From: Eledone cirrhosa
Taxonomy: Eukaryota
Assembly (NCBI GenBank): GCA_964016885.1
Contig: OZ024743.1
Coordinates: 341,992,001 to 342,056,000 of the forward strand
DNA length: 64,000 nucleotides
Direction of reading: 5' to 3'
The stretch's first letter is position 1. The number at the start of each line of letters is the position of its first letter. Shown here one piece after another: positions 25,322-38,845 of this stretch. Made by a program: the position numbers and the translations under genes. The notes below the pieces were generated by a model. It had not been told where the DNA came from, searched no databases, and saw only the letters and a program-made list of their open reading frames with translations.

Positions 25322-27304
25322 CTAAGTGAGAGAGAGGGAAGGTTTACTTACCTCCCGGGTCTTGTGAAGGTCGGGTGGTTCGACCTCCATGGTTGGTGGG
25401 GTTTCTTTTGGGAACCCCTTTAAAAGTCTTGATGTGAGTTTCACATTCGGGTTTCCCACGTCTTGAGGAAAGCTCTCTCGAATTTCTTTGAAGGAATTGA
25501 GTGACATTCGGACCAGAAGCAAATCTTCTGGCACGCAAAATGTGCTCATTTCAAAAATCTCCCCCTCTGTTTGAATGTCCTCGCTTCGCGCTAAGAGGGC
25601 CATCAGTTTATCGTTGGCCCTTCTGACAAGCACGAAGTTTTTAACATTTTGTTGGTGTGGTTTTATTTGTTTTCGTTTTGGTGAAGGTGGTGGCGATGGT
25701 GTTGGTGGTGTTGTTTTGGGTATGTCTATGTTTGTTGTAGGTGTGGTGTCTGCAATTTCAGGTATTTGTGTGTTTATTTGTACTTGTGTTTGTTTAGGTT
25801 GTTTGCGTTTCGGGGATTGTGGAGGTGGTGTCGATGTTGCTGATGGTGCTGATGTTATTGGGGAAGTGTCTGCGTTAGTGGTGTCTGTATTTTTTGTTGT
25901 GTGTGTTTTTGTGTTTTGTAGGGGCTTTTTTTTTTTGTGAGTTTTCTCTGTTTTTTTGCACTTTTGGGTTTTCCTTCATCTTCGCTGCTGGAAGACAAAG
26001 GGTCTGTGTCTGTGAGTGTCTCTGTGTCTGTGTGTGCGTTTATTTTTTTTTTGTCTATGTATATAGTTGGGGGGGGGGGGGTAAGGGGAGTGGGAGAGCT
26101 TTCCTCAGTTTTCTCCTTGGATTGGTTTTGGTGTTGGTGGTGATCCGGCTGCTTTTGATGTTGGTGTCCGTGTTTTTGTTGATGTTGTTTTTGGTGGTAG
26201 TGGTGGTGCAGCTTTCCGTGCTGACACTGGCGTTGGCAACAAAGGAGGTTTGCGACCCCCTGCATTTTTGCGCTGAGGGCAGAAGGCTTGAAGATGCGTG
26301 GCTTCCCCGCAAACGAAGCAGCGTGGCCTTCTTCCGTCAATCATTAGTTGGATTGTTGTCCCGTCCTGCAGGCGGGCAAAATCTGGGATGTTATTTATAT
26401 CCTCCGGTTTCATTTGGAGAAGAATCTCCAAATCCATTCCGGACTAGTCTTCTCTCTCTGTCCTTTTGATGTCCAGGAGGGTGGTGTCTGTCCCCTCCTC
26501 GATTACGCATCCCAGCAGCCACCATATGTTCATTCCTGGTGGGATGCTGGGAATGCGTACCTTCACTGTCCTTTTACCCATATAGGACGGATGCATGATA
26601 ATGCGTTCCGTTCTGCAGGGGATCACCGAGTGCTTAATAGCGAGGGCCTCGGATTTGAACAGTACCGAGATGGTACCGAACTGTTTGCCTCTTGCTTTGT
26701 ACTCTATGTTACTTCCGATGTACTCCAAAGCAGCCTCTACCTCTGCTTGGCTCGCAAGTTCCACTTTTCGTGTCTGCACCGAAATACATCGAAAGAGCAC
26801 CGTCCTCCTTTGCATGGCCGCTATTGCCTCGTCCGGGATGGTCAGGTTTGCCCAGGACTTCTCCCGTTTAATTAGCCTCCACGCTTTGGCCAACTGTTCG
26901 TCTTTATCGCTAATATCAATATCGATATTCAATAAGCGCTTTGTTTTTGCTGCTGCTGCTGCAGCAAATGTGGTGTTTCTGATGCTCTTATTGTTGTTGT
27001 TGTCATTCTTGCTGTTGCCACCGCCATCCTTGTTTACATTGAAGCTGTCGGTGTCTTTGTCGTTATTGCTCTGAGTTGTTGTTGTGGTGGTGGTGGTGGT
27101 GGCGGTGGTGGTGATGTCGTTTTCAGATGATACTGCTGCTATGCCAGAAGGTTGTGATGGTAGCTTTTTAGTTTTGCCTTCACATTCAGTAGAGTGGATG
27201 ACAGGCATGACTGTCGCCGTCGTAGTCGTGGTGACATCTGCAGTGGTTGCCTTTAAACTTTTGACCTGAACGTTGTTTACCGTTTCAAGGTCGAAAATTT
27301 CCAT
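25322..27304 (-). CDS. LINE ORF1 (zinc knuckle, low-complexity termini), frameshifted
   Basis: Pieces 26444-27304, 26105-26437 (CFVCGEATHLQAFC = CX2CX4HX4C), 25855-26340 and 25322-25633. Confidence 0.8.
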
Positions 27305-27518
27305 AATTTTCTTTTAGTGGGGAAGCGATTTTTTTCGAAGATTTTAAAAATAAATCTGAATATTCGGGCTTAAAGCCCGAATATTGAGAGGTATCCCTCT
27401 CTTTAAATCAAGATGTGTACCTTAAGTTTCGTTAATGACAAGAAAATACAAAAAAAGACACTTTAAAACAGCTTAAAGCTACGAACCTTTTCCCCCGCAG
27501 ACTTGTCTGTCTTCACAC

Positions 27519-27561
<43 letters not shown>

Positions 27562-27563
<2 letters not shown>

Positions 27564-27722
27564 TGCTTCTACTTTTGGCACAAAGCCAGCAACTACCCTA
27601 GTACATTACTGGTGCTTTATTTTATCGACCCCGTAAGGATTAAAGGCAAAACTAACCTCGACGGAATTTTAACTCAGAACGTAAAGGGCCATAACTCTGA
27701 CGATCTACCGATACTGCCAATC
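27562..27722 (-). mobile_element. SINE family 1, whose (ATT)n tail abuts the LINE 5' end
   Basis: Core and tail match the other copies; internal deletion in the head. Confidence 0.85.
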
Positions 27723-27769
27723 TAATAATAATAATGATAACAATAACAACAATCTATTAATTTCAAAAT

Positions 27770-28330
27770 GTTCACATTTCAAGGGATACTTCAAATTAGC
27801 TTATCTTTTCTATGTTTTTAATTTGAATGACTTAAATATCTTTTTTCATCACCTTCATGAAAAAATTATTGGTTTAATGGAGAAAATATATGCGTTTAAA
27901 GAAAAGTTTAACTTTTGGAGAGTAAAGGGGAACAAGGAAGATATTATCTTTTCCAGCTTTCAATCTACTCAAAGAAGATTATGGTAATCATTTTAATGTT
28001 GTACATAAAATTATCTTGTGCCTTCTAGCAAACTCGATAACAGAATTCAATCAGAGAATTCCCACATAAGATGCTGAGAAACACAATTAAGTGCGAATTT
28101 TGTCAACATTAATAAATTTCGAGAAGAGCTTATTGAAGTTTAAAATGATGTGGCATTTAGCTCTGATTTCGATACAAAATATGTTGATTATATCAATGTA
28201 TACTTTTATAGATTTCAACCGTAATATGGCTTATGATAGTTTATTGAAGATATTTGTACAATTATTCGGAAAGTTATTCCATCGACTGGCGTAGCATACA
28301 CATCACATCCAAAGTCAAGGTTCGCGCGAG
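27770..28330 (+). pseudogene. Decayed hAT transposase, C-terminal part
   Basis: LAYLFYVFNLNDLNI and EKIYAFKEKFNFW resemble LAYLADIF..LNELN and DKI.AF..KL.LW. Colinear with 20760-21560. Confidence 0.55.
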
Positions 28331-29024
28331 ATTGCACACATTGACATATTATTTCATGTAAGGAAAGATATGGAACATTACCGTAAAACGTCGGAGTGAT
28401 GGCCGTGTGCCGAGCTTGTATTTAATCTAAAGCTAACAAATGTATTAACAGCGCCATTTTCCAATTAATAATATATTACGTCTTGATATAAAATCATCTT
28501 TATGTAGTATTCCAAAATTCAATATGAATTTCGCGATAATGATCGAAATATTATTACAACATGAGATATGCCGTGATAGCTTTACGTATAGAAGAACTAA
28601 CTAATTTTCGTGGGGCTTATCAATATCTCATTTCATAAAATATACGACCATGTAAATTTACTAAATCACCATAATTCTGAAATTAATTCGATATTCTTAA
28701 TTGTAGCTACATTATTGAAGCCATAAAATCCATATTGAATATTCGATACAGGTATTGAATATTTTATTGATACAGGGAATATGGGGAAATCATTCACCAT
28801 TTTCCAGTTTTACGCTACTGAATCAGCTTTTTTCCCTTCAATAAATATGTCATCATTCCTAACTATTTTAGTTCTATATTAAATATGAAATAAACAAAAC
28901 AATATATAATGAATAAAGTGAACACAATATATTATTTCTTAATGAAAATATTTTTAGTATTTCAATTTCGGGAACCTTCATCAAATCATAACCTAATTTG
29001 TTGTATTATTTTAAATGTTTAAGA

Positions 29025-29235
29025 GCGGTCGATTGGCAGTATCAGCAGAGCGTCAGACCATATATTATGTGGTATATAGTTACGTCTCTTTATGTCCTGA
29101 GTTCCCACCGAGATTAGCTTTGCCATTTATCCTTGCGGGGTCGATAGAATAAAGTACCGATGACGTACTGGGCTCGTTCTACTTGACTTTCTCCTCAAAA
29201 TTGTTGGTCTTATAGCTCAATCAGAAACCATTATT
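29025..29235 (+). mobile_element. Older SINE family 1 copy
   Basis: GCGGTCGATTGGCAGTATC head, GGGGTCGATAGAATAAAGTACC core, AGAAACCATTATT tail. Confidence 0.7.
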
Positions 29236-29589
29236 TCAAATGTTTAAGAACCGTGATTTTGTTGTTAAATTACATTTTGTTGTTTAGACGAAGCAGTTCT
29301 AATCTCCCCTACACGAGTAAGAAGACATCTAGCCTATACCTCTGCGTTGTTTATACAGATGAACTATATCCACTACTACAATGTCCAATATTTCCTCATA
29401 TTTTAAGATATTAACAGTGTTTGTGGGGAATTAGAAAGCTCCACCAAGGCGAATCTAAGAACCAGGAAACGGGAAACCAAATCAGAAACTGTATGGATAG
29501 TGCTGAAAAAATGTACTTACTCATGGTACGACATCCGGTGCAGCCGGAACGTCACTATAGGAGACCCAGAATACTGATGAAAAATGGAC

Positions 29590-32100
29590 GACTGACCAAA
29601 CCAAATATCTTTTCACGCCGAAGACATGCATTCATGTCGCTGTCCAGAATGTTCGAACTGGACATCACGATGGGCAGAAAAGAGATCATCGCCCAAGAAC
29701 AAGTGTGACATTTCGATCGCGGCACTACCTGAAACGCAACTCACTGGATCGGGGACAATGTTCATCAACCCGCCACCTTCGACACAAAGTTTACACTCTA
29801 ATATTGTGGTGGCGACTGGCATAACGGAGGGGGGGGGGGGGGGGTCGGCTTAATGGTTGACCAAAGGGCTTTACACATTCTCATCATATTTTAACCAGTC
29901 GGCGACCGCCTGGCAATCGTCACCTTCGACAGAATGATCAAAACCACATCATCTCTGCCTATGTGCCGACTGAGATCAGATCACACACTACTAAGGATGA
30001 CTTCTACGATCAACTACATGTGCTGGCCCCCGATTTTACAAACGAAAATGACCATCCTCACTGGCGACCTCAATACAGATCTGGATGGAAGACTACCATG
30101 GACATTTTTAGGCAGAGAGAGATCAACGACTATGAGCCTTGCCTTCTATCACTCCACGTTCGTGTCTAGATTCGCCTGAAACTCCAACGGGCGAAGAGGA
30201 AATTGCCGAAAGTGATCGGATAGAAATGTAATCAGCTGAGTGATGCCGCCCGACGGTGACTGTTTCAGATCGCCCTGAGTATATGCTTCGCCTCACTGTC
30301 AGGTTCTGACAATTTCGACGATGAGGAACTTAAGATCATGGAGGCCATCCTTCAACGTGCCAGACACTAGTGCCCGCTATTTCAGACGAATGCATCGACC
30401 TGGTGGACATTCGCAATAAAGAAAAGCTGGCCGACTTCGATGAATACCAACAACTAAATCAAAAATCCGTCAGAGGATGAAAGCAGAAACGGAAGAATAC
30501 TGGAATAAGATGGCAACCGATCGCGAGAAGGCCACGTGCAAGCAGGAGTAGCGCACACTCTATTGAACACTTCGATGGTTGAATGGAGAAACCAAGTGGG
30601 ACAACGATAACATTAGGAAAGCTGACGGTCTGTGTGTGTTGTCGAGGATTGAGCGCCTTCAGCGTTGGAGAGATTGCTTTGACAAACTTTATGACCATAA
30701 CCCACCCCAGGACGGCTGGCAGCTCCACCACCTGCCGATCCTCCCGTCACTCCAATGGACGATACTGAGCCTATGATAGTGGAAGTGAAATAAGCCGCAC
30801 GCTCGCTAAAATATTGGAAGGCTTGGATCAAGTAACTGCTGAAGCGATCAAAGCTGGAGGGTCAATGCTGCTTAAACGTCTCCTTGCGCTCATCCAACTT
30901 ATATGGTGATCAGACAGCATAGCTTTGAGGTGAAGAAGGCCCTTACCATTCCCATCCATTAGAAAGGGAATGCAAAAACTATTAGGGCATTAGCCTACTC
31001 TCCATTTTTGGGAAGTTCTTTATGAAGATAATTAAATCGTGGCTCCAAAAGCGACGCGGCAGACCAGCAGAGAAGAACAAGCTGCTTTTCAACCTAGGCG
31101 TGGATGTTGCGACCACATCTTTACCCCTCCTCCATGCTGTGGGCAGCGATCAGTGGTTGTATTATCGACTTTATGTCAGCTTTCGATTAAGTCGAGTGGA
31201 CCACCTATTAGAGATCGTTAGAAATCGTACAAGTGACTCAGAAGATCATCGGCCTCTTATACTCAGCACATGTTGGTTCAACAAGCCTGGACCGGATATG
31301 AAATGACCTCTCCAAGAAGACAAGGAGATATAGTCATGCCTCTACTGTTCAAAGTTATCATTGCGAGCAACATGCACCATTTCACCGACAATGAAACCGA
31401 ATTAATAGATATCATGCAGAAAATTGCCCGCTTCGCTTGGCCTTATGGTCTCGGGATCAATGCGGACAAGACAACAGCTCTAACAACAGATGTCATGCCG
31501 GTCATTGTGTCACTTGATGGTATTCATATTGAGCAGGTCCGGGAGTTCAAATATCCCTGCTCACTGGTTGCAGAGAAAAAAAGTGGCGTCAGCGAGAGAT
31601 ATCAAATGCTGAATCGGATCTACGACGTCTACGTTTGGATCTCTTTGATGGTGTGTCTAAAGGAAGCCTCATATCTGCATAAAGACCAAGATCCGTCTTT
31701 ATCGGAGGCTGGTCCTACATGTCCTCCTGTACAGCGCTAAAACATGGACCATCTGCAAACAAGACCTGAATAAGCTCCAAGTGTTCCAAATAAAAATCTT
31801 CGTCAGATCCTTGGTGTCTCTCTAAGCAACCGAATCTCAAATAATATCCGACCACAGAAGAACAAATCTGGTAACGCAAGCGTCAGTGGTTTAACCACAT
31901 ACAAGAGGAGCACTGGAAGACTAACACATCAAGTTTTGTCATGACAGCGACCTATGCACTGGAGAATTCATCGCAGCGTACCAAGAAGACAGGGGCGAAA
32001 CAAATCGAGGAGCTGAAATCGCAGGGCTTCGACCTCCAGCATGTTATGGTCAACACCATCGAAAGAAAAGCGTACGAGAACATCATCATCAGAGTCCGTC
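29590..32100 (+). pseudogene. Decayed RTE-clade LINE (APE + RT)
   Basis: DISIAALPETQLTGSG, PTE...KDDFYDQL, ILTGDLN, GLDQVTAEAIKAGG, RGISLLSIFGKFF, REEQAAFQPRRGCCDHIF, RQGDIVMPLLF, GLGINADKT. Many stops and deletions. Confidence 0.8.
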
Positions 32101-32123
32101 ATACAGCGATACCAAAAACAGCG

Positions 32124-32240
32124 TGAGTTCAAATCCTACCGAGGTTAACTTTGCCTTTCATCCTTACGGGGTCGATAAAATAAAGTACCAGTAATACTGG
32201 GATAATTGCTGACCTTGTGCCAAAAGTAGAAACAATTATT
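32124..32240 (+). mobile_element. SINE family 1, 3' two-thirds
   Basis: GAGTTCAAATCC B box through to the AGTAGAAACAATTATT tail. Confidence 0.88.
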
Positions 32241-32269
32241 TGAGAAGACCGCCTCCTCCGGCTTAGGAT

Positions 32270-32329
32270 AGAAGAAGAAGAAGAAGAAGAAGAAGAAGAA
32301 GAAGAAGAAGAAGAAGAAGAAGAAGAAGA
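32270..32329. repeat. (GAA)n microsatellite
   Basis: Direct reading. Confidence 0.98.
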
Positions 32330-34847
32330 TTTGGTGATATATGTTATGTTAATATTGTTGTAACTCTGATAGGGATTAAAATATTCGTGTTAATATAAAA
32401 GAATATACTAGGACTACTTCATTTCCACCGTTTTACCCTCCAACCAACCAAGGCGAAGAGTCCAGTTTGAATATTTTAGTTTATAATATTAGATCTTAAT
32501 CTCAGAAATTTAGAAACGAGTTGTTTCTATTGTTGTTGTTTAAATCAGATTAATCCTTCCAGCTACAGCCATCCACCTTAATATCAGACAAGTAGTTATA
32601 TATAATTATAAGAAGTAGTATAGATCCAATGCTCACTTAAAATTTGACTTGATTTCCAGTAACAACTTAATTATCATTCAATTATATAGTGAGGATAAGA
32701 TGAGGGGAGAGCGTAAGATGCAGAGAGAAGAGAGAAATGTGCCCAAATTTGCTCGGAGGAATCATTGGATTCGCTAGAGTGTCCGAGAAAACACTTGCTA
32801 GTATTATTTCATTTTCCTGTACGTTATGAATTCAAATCCTATTGATGTCGTTTTTGTATAATACTCAAGTACTAGGGTCGATATCATCGACTCCTGTACG
32901 TATTCTAGGTCATAGATAGCTAAACAATACGACGAGTAAATTCATGATGTTACTGAACTCTTACATGTGTCTTGGCACAGCAATTCAGTGTGTTAGAAAT
33001 ACCAGTCATATCTCTTTCAAATTAAGAAAGAAGTAAAGATACACATTGAGTAATGTATCCTTGATACACGAGGTTTCATTATAAGCCTGATCAATCAGGC
33101 TAGAAAAAATCAAGACCTAAAATTTTATAAATTAATAATTTTTGCAATGATTTGTGAAGGTAATTTTCTAAAGCCGAGAAATAAACCTTTAATAAGCATC
33201 AATTCATATATAAATAATGATATAGTTCAGAATCCAATGCAGTTAACGGACAGAAGTGAAAATAATAATTGTATGGGTTTATTATAGTGGGTTTTTTTCT
33301 GATAGTTTTTATTGTGATTCATTAGGAATGCAAATGTAGACCCATGCAGAGATTAAAGTCATGTATATGTACCTCTTTCTGATTTCGGTATATTTTTCTT
33401 GTTGTTTAGTCACAGCAAACCGAGAATCATAGGCATTCTAGCTTTGACTACACCATATATTTAAGGCACCGCTTGAAGCCTACATCTGAAGTGGGTGTGA
33501 TCAATTATTCAAAGTAAATTTGATTGTCACTTATAAGTTGTTGTTGTTTAGCAACAAATCAACTCTGATCGAGCAGACCAATTATCACAATCATTCACAC
33601 CATAAATATCATATATGATCCTTATATCCCAAAATATATTATCCAAAATGTCTCTTATTATGAATGTAGATTGGGAATGATAATGCGGTGTAAAAGTATG
33701 ATTATTCTACACCTAAATGAGACGTGCTTTCCATGATTGTCAAAACGAATATCAGAATTGGAAAACATAATTGAAAACACCAAATTCCAAGGGGAAATGC
33801 CGTCAATGTCAATTTGATAGATGAATGCGATTCGATTATATTATGTTCGATTTCCAGATGGCTATATGTAGAGGAGCTGGGTAATGCACAAACAACAGAC
33901 ATCACTTGAAGAAAAGAGTTTTAGCATAATTATGTATGATATTATTATTTTATACTAAATTTAATAGTTAAACGTCATCATGTTCGTGCAAATATAAATT
34001 TGAAAGATATAGTCATATATTATTATTGCGATAGTGATAGAGATAGATTACAGTGACATCTACATCGATATATATTGGCAGTATTTTCACAAATTCAAAT
34101 TTTAAATTCATTATACCAGAAGTCAAACACGCATCACTAAGTAGCCAATGTAGTCGCCTGACCAGCTATTAGCTAAATCATGTAAAGATCACAAGCTAAC
34201 ACCTTATAAAAGAAAAGACACATTGGATAATAAATTACTGTGAGTAATAGATGGAATGATCAATCCCAGAACAATATTTGTAACAAGGTTTTGCTCGTGT
34301 AGGTGCTTGTTCTGGGGTGCAGAATTTAGCTCGAGTAGGAATTTCTTTAATGAGATCTTCTAGTTGAACCGGACAGATAAATTTCAGTCTAAGAAGATAC
34401 TTTATTCGCTCGCACATAGATGTTCATTCTTTGACTTAAGTAGAGACTGTGTCGTTGGTTTGCTGTACGTTTGAGTCCTTGGATCAACTTGGCTAGTACA
34501 GTTTCACTATATGGCTCAGGTTAATATTTGTTGATGTATAAGGATCGCTACTATCTCGTAAATGCACCGTCGATACAGCAAAGTTGTTTTTGTTTTAACT
34601 GAAAAACTGTAAAATTGTTATTACGACCCAGTATGTAATAATGAATAGCATTTTAAATTTAAAATATGCTATATTAGAGGCATGTATGAGAATTATATCA
34701 TCTGGTATTGACTGTTGCTATATTTCTTTCCTTCCTTGTATATCAGATTTTTGTTTAGAATTATTTATTGGTGAAGTTTAGCACGTCTAAGCACTGATTG
34801 AGCTGTCCTATTTTTATTTTCAAAGTCGTAATTACTAAGCTGTTTTC

Positions 34848-34901
<54 letters not shown>

Positions 34902-36785
34902 TGTCATTTGAGATGTATTTAGCGTATATTTGTAAAATGATCAATGATCCCGTTTATACATTAGCAAGGAAACATAGGTATGTAACATTATATTTCTCTT
35001 TTTTTGTCCACTAGAATTACATTTTCTGTAGAAATATTAGCATTTTACCTAAAATATATTTGCAAACTAAAAATATAAATAGCATAAGAGTGTAATGATC
35101 AGATACTACTTCGTACATAAGATGATATCAAGATTGACAAAAACATTCTATATTGACAGAACTATAAATAAGATTTTTTAAATGTCATAATGGCATACAT
35201 AGAGACCTATAGGCTTTTCAAAAAACAGAATGACATTTGCAAAGTCAGGAATTCTAGTGTGGAAATAATTACAACACTTTAATTTAATTTACGCGATATT
35301 CAATTTTCCCATATGATTAACATTTCATCATAGAATATTTGCTTTCTAATAAAGTTATTTTCATATTATATCTTGCTATGATTTTTAATCAACTAAGGGT
35401 CATCTTATTTAATTGAAATGATCTATAAATATCGGCGCAGAATGGTTTCGGTAGCGCATAAGCAACCATGTTAATCTGATTTAATTATGTTTGCGCTGCA
35501 CTTTCGGCAAATTCCTACTACTATAGCATCAGATCAGCCAAACATATCTTTGTCAAAATAATTTTATAGACAGAATCAAAGAAAGCTCCAAGTTTGTTTG
35601 CTAGTGATAGTGGAACTCTGATGATGCTGTGGCAACTTCCACAACATTTCTCAAGAGTACAACTCACTGGTAATCGGTATACGAAAGCAGCGTTCCTATA
35701 GATATCATTTATGAAAGAACAGCTTGTAATTATTAAGGATGGAGGGAAATTAAAGAAGGTAGGGAAGGTTATTGTTAATGCTTATCTTTATCACATTAGC
35801 GACATGGATGACAGTTAGCAATTTCAGGCGTATTACCTTTCTTGGTGATGGTAAAATCTCAAAAGTTAGGATAATAGACACATAGAGGAAAAGGGAAGCA
35901 AACGAATAAACACAAAAAGAAAGAAAAAATGAAAAATAGGATTATAATGGATGATGATATTAGTGGGAATAGTAGCTAACTATGAAGTGCATTGTTTCGG
36001 AGTAATAGAGGAAACATTGTTATGGCCTGAGGCCTCTTCCAGTTGGCTGTACGTGTGAATCTGGTTGATAAAAATTGAAAGTGCGAAGGTGAATGAAAAA
36101 CGAACAGTGAACGCGGAGGTTTTCTGCTATGAAAAGAAAACGGATAATCAAGACTTCAATTATATATTTGATCACATGTCTGCTCGACCAAGATTTCCTT
36201 GGGGTTAAACAATAAAAAAACAACAATTGATAGAAACAACAATTGGGAAAAAACGACAAATATAAAGATAACAGTACCAGAGCAACACACATATTTTATA
36301 TCTTCCCACCTAGCAGCAGGCAATTCCTTCCCCACGTCCAGTTAATCAAAGTCTGTATATATATTATCACTTCTTGGGAATTCACCGGCTTATAATGTAA
36401 ACGAATGGCATGGCCTGACCTGATTGGTTTTATTCAAGAAATCGATTATAGATATTGATTTATATTTGCTTTTCTTGTATAGAACTCACAAACATTTGAC
36501 CTCAAGCTCAAGACAATAATCATATAAATAGAAATGATCGCTAGTGAAATCTTAACAGATATAGTGATATAGGAGTTCCTATGTAAACAGTCATAACACA
36601 GGCCATCTGGTGAGCCGAATTAGCGAGGTATTGTAGTATAGTGTGGTTTGATCTACTGACATTTGCAAGAAAACAGCCCTCAAATAACACACACTCGCTT
36701 AAACATGAGATAATAGAGTCATAAAAATTATATAACTATACACCAACACACATCCACAAACAGAGGCACCTATACACACATACAC

Positions 36786-36969
<184 letters not shown>

Positions 36970-37007
36970 ATAAAAATGACTGCATAGTATAATTCCCGAC
37001 GATAATC

Positions 37008-37500
37008 CAAGCTGCTCTTGTAGGATTAAAAAAGAACTGACCTCTACAATAGAAATTAAATATCAAATTCGTCGTGTATAAGACAAAGATAACACACAAA
37101 ACTACAGAAAATTCCGAAGTTAGTAAAAGATACGTCACTATGGTACAAGATCATTTTAAACAACGTTTTTATTCGCATCTCCACTACCTCAGGAGTCCTG
37201 GTATTACAAATAATACAGCCCTGGCAAAAATGTCTGACAATTAAAGGGAAAACGAGTCCCGTTTAAGATTACTTGGAAGATGTTTGATGTATCAATTCCT
37301 TACACTAAAGGTACTAAGAAATGTCGTCCTTGTCTTATCTTAGTAAGAAATTAAAAATATTACAAGGTTTATCATCTCCAAACAATAACTTTTAGAACAC
37401 AAAGAGCGTAATTTTTAGAGGGTGCCTCTATCTCAAGAACTAACTGCCTGCTAAATGGAAATCCTCAACAAATTTGAATGATTTTCAAACACCTTAATTT
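37008..37500 (+). pseudogene. Decayed PLE GIY-YIG fragment (type of 4941-5590)
   Basis: SCSCRIKKN*PLQ, FVVYKTKI...KRYVTMVQDHFKQRFYSH...TALA and PYTKGTKKCRPC align to the element at 4941. Confidence 0.75.
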
Positions 37501-38061
37501 GATTTATAACTTTCGTAATATCTTTTATTTCTGTTTCTCGTCCCACATTTACATAATACAAAACTCCTTCCATACTACTTTACTCCATACCTTAATAAAT
37601 TAATTATTATTTTCATATTACATCTCTGTATTGCATTCCACCAGATAATGATATACTGCTGCTTCAGCCTACGAACACTAGCACGTGTTTGATCTCGCTT
37701 TGAAACTAGCATTTTTAGCACGGATTGCTTCTAACGGTATCTTATAAACTCGCATAAGCACCTGAAAATAAGTCACAATTTTGAACAGCCCCGTCCCTTA
37801 CTTTCTTGAGTTTATAAATTGTATTCATCTCGCTTTTTTGTGCCGTTTTGAATTTACACACACACATATATACATATATGTATGTGTGTGTGTATATGTG
37901 TGCGTTTGTGTGCGTGTGTTTGTGTGTGTGTGTGTGTGTGGCTGACTAAATGCTAACGCAATTTTTCTCAGAAAGTTTTTTTCCGCTTACTTTTAGCACA
38001 CACAAACACAAACACACACACACACATATATATATATATATTTATTTATATATATATATAT

Positions 38062-38737
38062 ATATAGTAGAATAATCGAGTATCGAAAAATCGGCGCACG
38101 AGTTCACGATAAACAAAATTCGAAATGAGCGGCAGAGGGCTCAATAATTCAGATAAATCAGAGCTATAACTATCGTTAAAATACCGTCACACATAGAACA
38201 AGTCTAAAATCAACCATACGACCGAAAAATTGCGATCTGGAAGATTCGGGACACTCAGATAAAATATCAATAAATCAATAAATCAAATGAATGTAAAAAG
38301 CATACCCTGACCCGCTAGAAAGATGGTAAATCTAGCTTCTTGGGTTTCTGTAAATCCTTAAACTGCCCTCTATCAGCTCACATAAAAATATATAAGACTT
38401 CTAGAAGCCAGCGGACCGGAATTTACTTCCTCAACGAGCTTTTGTCCGAACGAATGAAAAGGCATAACCCAGGTTGAGAAAACGCACATGGAATTCAGCA
38501 AGGGAGATAACCTCTATATCCGCAAAAAATATTAGGGAAAATGTGGAAATACACATATCGAATAAGAGTGCTCAATAGACATGTTAAAATAAACAGGAGC
38601 TATTCATCATTTAATAAAATCGACAAAAAATGAACAATAAAATTAACTGGTCAATAGCTAGGTCTAGAGCTAAATATAGTAGAATAATCGAGTATCGAAA
38701 AATCGGCGCACGAGTTCACGATAAACAAAATTCGAAA
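38062..38737. repeat. Unit bounded by identical 64-bp direct repeats (38062-38125, 38674-38737) next to TA tracts
   Basis: ATATAGTAGAATAATCGAGTATCGAAAAATCGGCGCACGAGTTCACGATAAACAAAATTCGAAA occurs twice. Confidence 0.85.
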
Positions 38738-38767
38738 AGACTCGCGCACGCAAATATAAATATATAT

Positions 38768-38845
<78 letters not shown>

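Larger units (their letters stand above)
21612..27518 (-). mobile_element. Full-length Tx1/L1-clade LINE inserted in (TAA)n
   Basis: 5' GTGTGAAGACAGAC, ORF1, 9-nt spacer, ORF2, 3' UTR with AATAAA then (ATT)n. (AAT)n on both flanks (21582-21612, 27519-27563). Confidence 0.93.

Noticed and set aside
22354-27269. Plus-strand ORFs overlapping the Tx1 LINE
   Set aside because: Antisense shadows of GC-rich or low-complexity coding sequence.
33702-34600. Candidate minus-strand exons with acceptor-like sites
   Set aside because: Short ORFs with no recognisable domain and no consistent reading frame.
35611-35697. GGAACT CTGATGA...GAAAGCAGCGTTCC hammerhead-like
   Set aside because: No valid stem III/NUH and a poor stem II; at best a decayed relic.
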